From an uncultured Dehalococcoidales bacterium (GTDB taxonomy: Bacteria > Chloroflexota > Dehalococcoidia > Dehalococcoidales > UBA2162), in assembly GCA_964453525.1 (NCBI GenBank), contig CAYVOV010000011.1, positions 36,633 through 100,632 of the forward strand: 64,000 nucleotides of DNA. The letters run 5' to 3'. Each line of letters starts with the position of its first letter. Within the stretch, counting starts at the first letter, position 1. Below the pieces are notes generated by a model. That model was not told the origin of the DNA and ran no database searches. It saw only the letters and a list, made by a program, of their open reading frames with translations. This document shows positions 49,492 to 58,037 of the stretch, one piece after another. The position numbers and the translations under genes were made by a program.

Positions 49492-49799
49492 ACGAGATTC
49501 CGTCCCTCGATTCGGACTGAATTTACCGCCCCGATAGATTCCAGCTGAGCCAGAAAACCGACTACATCAGCTTCAGCTTGCGCCGGTTCTACTTCGTATT
49601 CACTCCCGATGGCTGACACCATATCTGCCACTGTTCCTTTACCATCGAGTAGTTCCCAAACGCGGGCACCTATTTCATTCATGGTATAAATGCGTTGTAG
49701 GTCACCAACGTTTTGCCTGATTGGTACTAGGATGACTTCGTCAGCAACCCTTCGTGACACTACCATGGAGCTTTTTTGATAACATCTGGTTATTCCCAA
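49488..49799 (-). CDS. PqqD family protein (RiPP recognition element)
   Basis: RRVADEVILVP, YTMNEIGARVWELLDG and ADVVGFLAQL motifs. Likely TTG start at 49799 after AGGAG; the ORF track extends to 49877. Confidence 0.88.
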   Translation of the reverse strand: MGITRCYQKSSMVVSRRVADEVILVPIRQNVGDLQRIYTMNEIGARVWELLDGKGTVADMVSAIGSEYEVEPAQAEADVVGFLAQLESIGAVNSVRIEGRNLV

Positions 49800-50152
49800 C
49801 GAATAACTCTCCTGACCAGGCTTTAATCCAGTTAGCGAATTACTTCTTCTAAGGGTAAAGGGGTTGACAAGTAACATAAAATGTGTAAAACTTCACCTGC
49901 GAGATTTAATCACGATAAAAATTTATACAAATCTCATTGGGAAAGGAATTAAAAATAAGTCAAATTTATTTGCCTGATGGCAAATAACACTTCACAATAA
50001 ACTGCTCACTTTAGTAACTTGATAGTCCTGTTTCTCCAGGGTATGGGGTGTGATGGTTATTGAACTATGGATACAGGTCTTGAACAATAGTGTGTTCCAC
50101 ATGAAGTACCCAAAGTGCCAGAATGAGAATCCCACGGAGAGAGAGGTTCTAC

Positions 50153-51802
50153 ATGGGGTGCAAACTTAGACGAATTTTATATTGCTTTGCCCTGGTAGTG
50201 TTCATTGTATCGCTTGTTTTTGTTGTTACCGGCTCTCCCGCTTTCTCGTCACCTCCTGGTTCCCTCCCTGAGCCCATTATTACTGGAAACTCCCTGGAAA
50301 TCTGTTTAAATAGTCGATATTCATTTCATGGCCAGAGTGGCAATCTTAGTGACCAGCAACTCAGCAATATTATGTGGGCTGCAGCGATGGTCCCATACGC
50401 AGGGACTAACAGAACTATATATGTCACTACAGTGAATGGCACATATCAATATCACACGGACAATAACTCACTTAGTTACTATTCAAGTGAAAACACAGTC
50501 ACAGGAACCTACACCGAAGCTGATGTCTTTCTTAACTATGATGTGGAGCTCAATTTTGATAGAGGGGCTTCGTACATGGCGGCATTGCTTGCTGCCGTTT
50601 CTCTGTGGGAGAGCAGCGAACAGCCGGTAACGACTGGTCCAAGAGGCGATGGTGCTTATTTTGGATTATCAGCCTCTGAAACACTAACCTCTACGCCGGT
50701 AGCAATTTCTTCTAACGCATCATTGCCGACCCCCTCGATGGATGGGGATAATACCGTCGAAGGAGTGCTGGCTAATCTGAATTACACCGACAATTTTACC
50801 AGCGACAATTTAACACTACAGCAGATTTCCCAGCTTCTATGGGCAGGATACGGCTGCACTGATCACATTATAGGTCCTCAGATGGGCTTGACAGTCCCTT
50901 CGGCCTGGGCTGACTATTATTTAACCCAGTGTATATATATGTTAAATGAAAACGGTGCCTACCGTTATCATTGCAGGAATCCCGGCGATAACCTGACCAC
51001 CAGAGACCATAGAATCGAGCAGACAGTATTCAGTGATGTCAGGGATGATTTGCAGAATGATGTCAGTGGATTACCTGACGCACCCTGCTATGTAATAATC
51101 TGCCTCGATTATGACTATATAAATTCAATACCTCCTTCACACGGTGATAATGTGACGCTAGAGGGATATGCTCTCCTGGAAACAGGTTTTGTTTCTTCTA
51201 ATATACTCTTGCAAGCATCGGCGCTTGATTTAGGAGCTTACTTTGAGCCTGAGCTAACCACAGGTGAATCATTAGCTGTTAGAAGCACTGCCAATATAAG
51301 CACGTGGCAGGTACCCAAGGTAATAGTCAGCATCGGCAACCCGGCTCAAACACGCACTCTCGCTTCTTATAGTAACGAATCGCACACCACCGCTTGCGAT
51401 GACTTCGATGAACCTGTCACTGAGAGCACAGCTTATATGTATGGTACCAACCTGCTACCCAACCATGATTACCGTGTAGCCTACTATGATGGTAGCGATA
51501 ATAAGACCTTCACCCATGATGTTACCTCTGGCGCATCGGGGAACTTATCAAGCCAGCGCACCTTTGAGGAGGGGTCTGATACCGCCGGTGCCTGGAATGT
51601 TATCGTTTGTGAGCCTTACCTCACACCCCCAACTTCGTATAATGGTAGCTGGGCGTTCATCAACGCCAGCGATAGCTTTACCGTCGAGGAGTCGGCTATT
51701 CCCGAGTTTCCCACTGTTCTGGTGGCTATTTTAGCCCTTAGCCTTTGTGTCGGGATATACCTCTGGATGAGACGGAAAGCAGTCACAGTAGCCACTTCTT
51801 AA
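50153..51802 (+). CDS. Secreted SagB/nitroreductase-fold protein with a C-terminal PEF-CTERM sorting signal
   Basis: Signal peptide; two SagB-like segments (LSDQQLSNIMWAA and LTLQQISQLLWAGYG...PSA); ends IPEFP-TM-RRK. Confidence 0.75.
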   Translation: MGCKLRRILYCFALVVFIVSLVFVVTGSPAFSSPPGSLPEPIITGNSLEICLNSRYSFHGQSGNLSDQQLSNIMWAAAMVPYAGTNRTIYVTTVNGTYQYHTDNNSLSYYSSENTVTGTYTEADVFLNYDVELNFDRGASYMAALLAAVSLWESSEQPVTTGPRGDGAYFGLSASETLTSTPVAISSNASLPTPSMDGDNTVEGVLANLNYTDNFTSDNLTLQQISQLLWAGYGCTDHIIGPQMGLTVPSAWADYYLTQCIYMLNENGAYRYHCRNPGDNLTTRDHRIEQTVFSDVRDDLQNDVSGLPDAPCYVIICLDYDYINSIPPSHGDNVTLEGYALLETGFVSSNILLQASALDLGAYFEPELTTGESLAVRSTANISTWQVPKVIVSIGNPAQTRTLASYSNESHTTACDDFDEPVTESTAYMYGTNLLPNHDYRVAYYDGSDNKTFTHDVTSGASGNLSSQRTFEEGSDTAGAWNVIVCEPYLTPPTSYNGSWAFINASDSFTVEESAIPEFPTVLVAILALSLCVGIYLWMRRKAVTVATS

Positions 51803-51951
51803 AGCTCTAAATTCCAAAACGATTTATCTTTATCCGGCAATGAATCAGTCTCCCCGAAGGACATTGCTCCGTGCCCCACCCCCTGATTCAAGCTGGGTTG
51901 ATTTTAAGTATGATATTTTCGTAGCCGGTGACTATATTTATTTAATTCAGG

Positions 51952-51963
51952 CACGCTACCGCC
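51952..51963 (-). promoter_or_regulatory. ops element (operon polarity suppressor), JUMPstart-like
   Basis: The minus strand reads GGCGGTAGCGTG, an exact match to the ops consensus. It is preceded by a GGC-GTGA-GCC hairpin and lies 112 nt downstream of the RfaH-like gene. Confidence 0.85.
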
Positions 51964-52075
51964 CTCCCGGCTCACGCCCGGTTCGTAAAAATTTATATTT
52001 TTCTCTTTTATTCAAACAGCACTCACTTTGACTTGAGACAGCTGCGAAGTTATATACGTGACTTGTTAAAGAGTA

Positions 52076-52633
52076 TCAGTATGCAAAGGCCAATCCTTGA
52101 TAAGGCGACTTGCTCCGGATAGCTTCTAGCGGAATTTCTGCTTTAGCCAGCCTTCCCATCATCTCAATAAGAACCTGGCATCGCTGCCGGGCCGGAAAAT
52201 ATCTCTGAAAAATAACATCAAATCCATAAAAAGGACCATCGGTTACGGTCAATAGTTCACCAGGGGTGAATTGAGGAGTGTATTCTCTTTCATTCCAATC
52301 GCACACCCGGTTCTTGAGGTGAGAGATAATTTCTTCTGAAACCGGCACCAGTTCCTGACCGGCACCAAGAAAATAGGACAAACCGGGTGCCCAGCGGATA
52401 GCAGGCCAATCACCCGATTGAGGGTCGACTCGACAGAAGATATATGTAGGAAACAGCATCTCCCACCTGATTTTATTAACCAGAGGCCGACGAATGCGTG
52501 GGAGAAAAACTTCGACATCCTCCTTATTATTAAGGAAGGTCTCCACTATTCGCTCTTTGGCTGGTTTGGTTTTTGCTACATACCATGCTTTCATTGATTC
52601 CACTCTACTGTCTCTTTTCAAAAATTTTTCCAT
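52076..52633 (-). CDS. RfaH-like NusG paralog (transcription antiterminator)
   Basis: NGN domain (WYVAKTKP...LFPTYIF) and KOW domain (PGELLTVTDGPFYG). Confidence 0.88.
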   Translation of the reverse strand: MEKFLKRDSRVESMKAWYVAKTKPAKERIVETFLNNKEDVEVFLPRIRRPLVNKIRWEMLFPTYIFCRVDPQSGDWPAIRWAPGLSYFLGAGQELVPVSEEIISHLKNRVCDWNEREYTPQFTPGELLTVTDGPFYGFDVIFQRYFPARQRCQVLIEMMGRLAKAEIPLEAIRSKSPYQGLAFAY

Positions 52634-52647
52634 TTTGCGTTTAATTT

Positions 52648-54420
52648 CTACTTCACCGTGACCGATTTGGCCAGATTCCGGGGTCGGTCAGGGTCTTTGT
52701 TCCTGCTGATAGCTGCATAGTACGCTAGAAGCTGTAGTGGTACTACACTTACCAGCGGGTAGAATATCTCATCCACCTCAGGTATCTTTATCCAGATATC
52801 GAAAATCTCATTATCAACGTCAGATAAACCGATAATAAATGCCCCTCTTGCTTTGGTTTCCATGGCATTGGAGAGGGTATCATAATAAGTATTGTCATTG
52901 GGGCAGATAGCAAGCACCGGTGTTCCTTTATCAATTAAAGCGAGGGTGCCATGTTTTAGTTCACCAGCCGGCATTCCTTCTGCATGAATATAAGAAATTT
53001 CTTTTAGTTTAAGTGCTGCTTCCAGCGCAATGGCAAAGTTGATACCACGAGCAAGGAAATAGAAATCAGACTTATCACTTATTTCACTACCAAGCTTCTT
53101 TACTACCAGGCCGTTAGTATTGAGGTTTTCCTTAATCTGGCGAGTAATCTCTCTAATCCATTGTTTTCCCTGTTCAAGCTGGTTAAGCATGGCAAATGTC
53201 AGGAGGTAAAATATCACCAGTTGTGATACGAATGATTTTGTAGCGGCAACGCAGATTTCCGGCCCGCAGTTCAGGTATATAACTCTGTCACTCATTCTGG
53301 TCAGGGTTGAGCCGGGTACATTGACCATAGACAGCACTCTGGCTCCCTGGTTTCTAGCCATTTTTACCCCAGTTATAACGTCAGCCGTTTCACCGCTCTG
53401 AGAAATCGCTATCACCAGCGTGTTCTTGTCTATTGAGTTGGCAAAATATTCGAACTCGGATGCCATCACCACCTCACAGAACTTGCCTGCCAGCTTGGAG
53501 AAGAGATACCTGCCGACCAGCGAGGCATGCCGTGAAGTACCGCAGGCAGCGATAACCACGTCCTTTGCTCTCAGTATTTCAAGAGCAAGCTCCATCAGTA
53601 AATCGTCATCCTGATTCATAGCAGCCTCTATGCTATCCGGTTCTTCGAATATCTCTTTCAGCATGAAATGATCGTGACCATTCTTCGAAGGTAGGAACCA
53701 GTCCAGAGATACCGAAATTGCTTGTTTTTCGATTTCCTCTCCCTTATTGTTTAAAATGACAACGCCTGCATCGCTGACTACGGCTAGCTCATCATCATCA
53801 AGGGGAATGACCTGTTCAGCCCGGCCAAGAAGTGAAACAATATCACTGGCCACAAAGTATCCGTTCTGGCTCATGCCGACTACCAGCGGGCTGCCCTTAC
53901 GCGCTCCTAAAATCTTGTCTGGTTCCCGACTTGAAATCGCCGCGATTGCATACGAGCCTTCCAGATAGGCCATGGAATTCAGCATTGCTTCCTGGAAAGA
54001 TGCTCCTTCGGCTAAGAATTCTTCAATAAGATGGCAGATTACCTCGGTATCGGTCTCCGAGACAAACTGGTGCCGGGACTGTAATCTTTGTTTCAAGCTT
54101 TGATAGTTGTCTATGATTCCGTTATGTACCAGGACAACTTCCGATTTACAATCAATGTGGGGATGAGCATTTGTATCGGTCACACCACCATGAGTCGCCC
54201 ATCTTACATGCCCGATGCCGATATTACCTGATAACTCTTCCAGGTTATGTTCTCTGTTTACCGCATCAACCGCGCCAATACCTTTTCTGCAAAAGATATG
54301 TCCATTATCTATCGTGGCAATGCCTGCGGAATCATACCCGCGATACTGAAGGGTATGCAAGCAGTCAAGTACTGTTGGGACTACCTGTCCGCTGCTTATA
54401 AAACCGACTATTCCACACAT
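52648..54420 (-). CDS. glmS: Glutamine--fructose-6-phosphate aminotransferase (isomerizing)
   Basis: MCGIVG, RGYDSAG, GHVRWATHG, SQSGET and RNLAKSVTVK motifs; start refined to the Met-Cys at 54420. Confidence 0.96.
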   Translation of the reverse strand: MCGIVGFISSGQVVPTVLDCLHTLQYRGYDSAGIATIDNGHIFCRKGIGAVDAVNREHNLEELSGNIGIGHVRWATHGGVTDTNAHPHIDCKSEVVLVHNGIIDNYQSLKQRLQSRHQFVSETDTEVICHLIEEFLAEGASFQEAMLNSMAYLEGSYAIAAISSREPDKILGARKGSPLVVGMSQNGYFVASDIVSLLGRAEQVIPLDDDELAVVSDAGVVILNNKGEEIEKQAISVSLDWFLPSKNGHDHFMLKEIFEEPDSIEAAMNQDDDLLMELALEILRAKDVVIAACGTSRHASLVGRYLFSKLAGKFCEVVMASEFEYFANSIDKNTLVIAISQSGETADVITGVKMARNQGARVLSMVNVPGSTLTRMSDRVIYLNCGPEICVAATKSFVSQLVIFYLLTFAMLNQLEQGKQWIREITRQIKENLNTNGLVVKKLGSEISDKSDFYFLARGINFAIALEAALKLKEISYIHAEGMPAGELKHGTLALIDKGTPVLAICPNDNTYYDTLSNAMETKARGAFIIGLSDVDNEIFDIWIKIPEVDEIFYPLVSVVPLQLLAYYAAISRNKDPDRPRNLAKSVTVK

Positions 54421-54507
54421 ATTTTTATTTCCTTTCCCTGTTATCACCGGTTATAAACCGGTTATGGTGTTTCTGTACTATCTGTATCCTCCAGCTTTCC
54501 TTAATTG

Positions 54508-55248
54508 CTATGATTGTTCTTCAAGACGGTAACCAATACCTCGATAATTAATAATGTCCACCTGATGAGGGAACAGAGCCTGCAACTTTCTACGCAACCG
54601 GCCTACATAAAAATGGATTGTATCGATTGATACCTTATTGCCATCCCAGACGTCACGAATAATCCGGGAATAATCGATGAAACGGCCTTCATTGTTTATC
54701 AGGTATTTGGCAAGACGAAATTCAGTTGAAGTGAAGTACTTAAGTCCGTCAGAGCCACCCTGCACATCCGATTTGTGCTCCGGATGGTTATTCTCACTTG
54801 AAGTATTTGTTGGAGTATTATCTAAGAAATTATATGGAAGATTATTTGTATTGGCTCCTGGTGGTCTGTTCATTCTATCGTTATCGAATTCGGATTTTCG
54901 TTTGAGCAAATTCCGTACGCGTGCTACTAATTCACGGAGACTCGGTGGCTTGGTCATGAAAACATCAGCACCAAGTTCAAGAGACTCTGCCGCCTCCTCT
55001 TGACTGCCGAGGACGATAATTGGTAAATAGCTGAATTCACGAATATGGTTATATGCATTCTCTTCGTTGATAATAGGCAATCCTGTATCCAAAATAATCA
55101 GGTCAGGGAATTTCTGATATATACTCCTTATCCCATCAAAAGCATCTGAGGTTTTTATTACCTGGAAGCCTGCTCCTTCCAGGGCAGCAGCTATCGGGAT
55201 AGCTACACTTTCGTCCTCTTCAATAATCAGGATATTGGACTGCTTAAT
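54508..55248 (-). CDS. OmpR/PhoB-family response regulator, probable ATT start
   Basis: The receiver domain continues 52 codons upstream of the track start, to an ATT 6 nt after GGAGG(A)G; ILDTG; wHTH C-terminus (YRGIGY). Confidence 0.8.
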   Translation of the reverse strand: MKQSNILIIEEDESVAIPIAAALEGAGFQVIKTSDAFDGIRSIYQKFPDLIILDTGLPIINEENAYNHIREFSYLPIIVLGSQEEAAESLELGADVFMTKPPSLRELVARVRNLLKRKSEFDNDRMNRPPGANTNNLPYNFLDNTPTNTSSENNHPEHKSDVQGGSDGLKYFTSTEFRLAKYLINNEGRFIDYSRIIRDVWDGNKVSIDTIHFYVGRLRRKLQALFPHQVDIINYRGIGYRLEEQS

Positions 55249-55347
55249 GGTACTCCTCCGGCGTTTAATAAACGGACATCAAATGGTTATTGGACTTCTA
55301 GTATTATTTTGGTGACCCTTTAGTATCGTGAAAAGCTAATAGTTGGT

Positions 55348-55428
55348 ATCATACAATAAGAAGGTAGAAATCCAAGTTCATAAAGTGCCCAGAAAGGTAC
55401 CAAGATAGTGGATAAATGGTGGAAAAAA
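55348..55428 (-). promoter_or_regulatory. Promoter block homologous to 3917-3995
   Basis: TATGAT -10 at the same spacing from the GGTAGAAAT block; GTGGA at 55408 and 55419. Confidence 0.6.
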
Positions 55429-55623
55429 AATTGATTTAATGAGGGAAGAATAAATATCCGTTTATTGAGGATTAATTCCTGTGGTCTCAGGCTTACTGAA
55501 ACAACTATGGGTAAGCCAGTAGAGTGCTGATAACAGAGTTCGTTTATGTTTTATAAACTTCAGGTTAATTGCCTAAAAGATAGGTATATTTGAAACGGGG
55601 GAAAAGCATTAAGCCCTATGCAA

Positions 55624-56316
55624 TTACATAATTTTAGCGAATCTGTAGCCAACTCCTCGTTCATTGATAATCATACGCGGATTGCTGGCATCGGCTTCTA
55701 TTTTTGTGCGAAGGCGATGTACATATTTCTTTACGAAACTGGGGTCATACAGGTATTCCGACCCCCATACTTTTTCCATTATAGTGCCGTGAGTGAGTAC
55801 TCTACCTTCATTTTTAACCAGTTCTGTAAGTAATTGATACTCGAGAGGCGTCAGGTTTACACGTTCTCCTGCAAGGAAAACTTCCCGTGTGTTAAAATTG
55901 ATGACAAGGTCATTGCCGATATTAACCACGCGCTGTGCCTTAAAGCCGAGCCCATTAATACGGCGGAGTAGCGCGTTTATTTTTGCCAAGAATTCAATTG
56001 GACTGAAGGGCTTGATAACGTATTCATCCGCTCCGATTTCCAGTTCCTCGGCCCTTTCCAGGTCAGTTTGTTTCTCAGCAAGGACAATTAGAGCGACATC
56101 AGAAAATTTACGAATTCCGCTGATTAAATCTACTGTTGAAATATCGGGTAAAGAAGAGCCGATTAAAACGATATCCGGTGACTCTGAATCTACCAGCTTA
56201 ATTCCCTTCCTGCCTTCAGCAACAGTTACTACATTGGTGTCAGGATATCTAACTTGCAAGCAGAAAGCGACATCTTTGATGGTCTGTTTGTCATCATCAA
56301 TCATCAAAGCCTTCAT
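55624..56316 (-). CDS. Atypical OmpR-family response regulator (phospho-Asp replaced by Gly)
   Basis: PDIVLIGSSLP in place of the usual ...LD.GLP; LTPLEYQLL and ERGVGYRF motifs; ATG at 56316 with a GGAGGTG RBS. Confidence 0.88.
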   Translation of the reverse strand: MKALMIDDDKQTIKDVAFCLQVRYPDTNVVTVAEGRKGIKLVDSESPDIVLIGSSLPDISTVDLISGIRKFSDVALIVLAEKQTDLERAEELEIGADEYVIKPFSPIEFLAKINALLRRINGLGFKAQRVVNIGNDLVINFNTREVFLAGERVNLTPLEYQLLTELVKNEGRVLTHGTIMEKVWGSEYLYDPSFVKKYVHRLRTKIEADASNPRMIINERGVGYRFAKIM

Positions 56317-56438
56317 ACACTCACCTCCCACTCGATGGTTGAAGTACTATCAGGTGTAAATTTATCTGCAAATTCATCTTGATTTCCGGTTGCTTTTTTA
56401 AATGTACTTCTCCTAGAAAATATGTAGACTCAGACTGT

Positions 56439-56456
56439 AGTCACCACATGGTGACT
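56439..56456. promoter_or_regulatory. Palindromic operator candidate
   Basis: AGTCACCA-CA-TGGTGACT in the divergent intergenic region. Confidence 0.4.
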
Positions 56457-56797
56457 TATTCATATAAATCTTTTTAATAACCCCAGAAATTTTTTAATAG
56501 CGAGATTAGTATTCTAAACGACAAATAACAAAATGTCAAGTTGGGGGATTGCTGGAAAGTAATTGCTGAAATTTTAACTCAGTTTTAATCCGTCTACCTG
56601 ACCATTGAAACGGTGATGAATTAGTATAATAGGGCGGCATAAGCTATATTATTGTCAGAATGACCACTGCAAATACTGGCATGGTGTGAATCAGGTGTTT
56701 GACCAAGGTCAATGCCGATAGTTCTGAAGTGCTTGATTGGAGTAAGCCGGGTACCTGTCTGATTACCTGGTATCTTTAGAGAAGAGGGTGAGTTAAA

Positions 56798-57175
56798 TTG
56801 TTCAAACTCAGACTGATATTTATCTTATCCTTAATCATATTGCTGGGAGTTATTATCTCTATAATAGTCTTCATCCCTGAAGATGAGAATTATACGGAGT
56901 CAAAAAGAGTACAGATTATTGCGGGAGAGAACGAGTGGATATTACAGTGCAACATCACCAATGATAACGAGAAGGACACTAAATACACAATTCATGTTTC
57001 TGTAGATAACGCAGTCCGTAGAGACAGTACGGTAATTGCACCGGGGCAGACATATACCTACATTCAACATATATACCCTGAAAATCTGGACGAAGGGAAA
57101 ATAATATTTACCTTATATGAAGAAGGTAAAACAGAGCCGGTTGAAGAGGCTATTTACTACATAAATAAAAATTGA
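56798..57175 (+). CDS. Membrane-anchored hypothetical protein with a small beta-rich external domain
   Basis: N-terminal TM followed by an ITND-EKDTKYTI beta-rich pattern; first gene of the plus-strand operon. Confidence 0.65.
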   Translation: MFKLRLIFILSLIILLGVIISIIVFIPEDENYTESKRVQIIAGENEWILQCNITNDNEKDTKYTIHVSVDNAVRRDSTVIAPGQTYTYIQHIYPENLDEGKIIFTLYEEGKTEPVEEAIYYINKN

Positions 57176-57261
57176 CCTCTTGACAATTCGCTGTTTGCCT
57201 AATACTATGAATAATAATCTATGCAGTTCTGGAGAAATCTCTGCTAAAGCTAAGGGGGACG

Positions 57262-57972
57262 GTGGACAGACAGAGAGCTAGCATACCTAAAGGTATCGTA
57301 TTTAAAATAAGTATTACCTGGCTGTGTATTATTCTGTTAGCGGTTTTTTTCATAGCCATTAAATCGGGTGATGACCCGATAACCATGTCAATTCTACCTG
57401 AAGTCCCCAGAGAAAATGAGCCAATAGTCGTCACTTTCGATATATCAAACGTAACCGATTTACCGGCTACCACCAGCTACCAGTTGTATGTCAATGGCAG
57501 GCTTGTAGAAAGCGGGAGTGTTACAGTCACTCCGCAGTCCAGCACCAGACACCAGTATGCCTATGAGAATTCATTGAAGAGAGGCGAGCAGGTTAATTTT
57601 CTGCTTGAAACCAGTTCAGAAAGTGGTAATTCCGTAGAAGCAATCTCATTACCGGCATATCCACCGCAGTTAATGAGCAGCTTTGTCTCATTTGCTGCAT
57701 TCTCCACATCGGTGATGAGTTCAATGATATCAATGGAGTATTTCACCAATACCTTTGGCGGTACCGCCGGAATCAATACCGGTATAATAATCAGCGCTAT
57801 CCTTATTATCCTTATGGTATTTTTGGAACTGGTTCAAGCCAGTCCAGTCAGTAGAAGAATTAGCATTCTGGATAGATATAAATTCAATTTTAATAACCTG
57901 GCAACTATCCTGTTTATTGTTTTTGTGGGCATGGTGTTTACCAGAATAGTAATGATTATATCTACCGGCTGA
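57262..57972 (+). CDS. Hypothetical membrane protein (TM, beta-rich domain, 2-3 C-terminal TMs)
   Basis: Clean ORF with operon spacing and a clear hydrophobicity pattern. Confidence 0.65.
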   Translation: MDRQRASIPKGIVFKISITWLCIILLAVFFIAIKSGDDPITMSILPEVPRENEPIVVTFDISNVTDLPATTSYQLYVNGRLVESGSVTVTPQSSTRHQYAYENSLKRGEQVNFLLETSSESGNSVEAISLPAYPPQLMSSFVSFAAFSTSVMSSMISMEYFTNTFGGTAGINTGIIISAILIILMVFLELVQASPVSRRISILDRYKFNFNNLATILFIVFVGMVFTRIVMIISTG

Positions 57973-58037
57973 GAATAGCCGGATATTTGGAAGTAATAAC
58001 ATCCGGTAAAAAAGACCAGACAGCGAGAAGCTACTCC

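Noticed and set aside
49800-50152. Lasso/RiPP precursor near the PqqD gene
   Set aside because: No short ORF with an RBS and leader/core features was found by eye, and the AsnB-like gene is 22 kb away among glycan genes, so a lasso cluster is not supported.
51836-51890. Possible structured RNA (GCAATG/CATTGC and TGAATCAG/CTGATTCA pairings) downstream of ops
   Set aside because: The pairings are short and mutually exclusive, and match no family I recognise.
54421-54507. glmS ribozyme
   Set aside because: The gap is under 90 nt and shows none of the recognisable ribozyme core.
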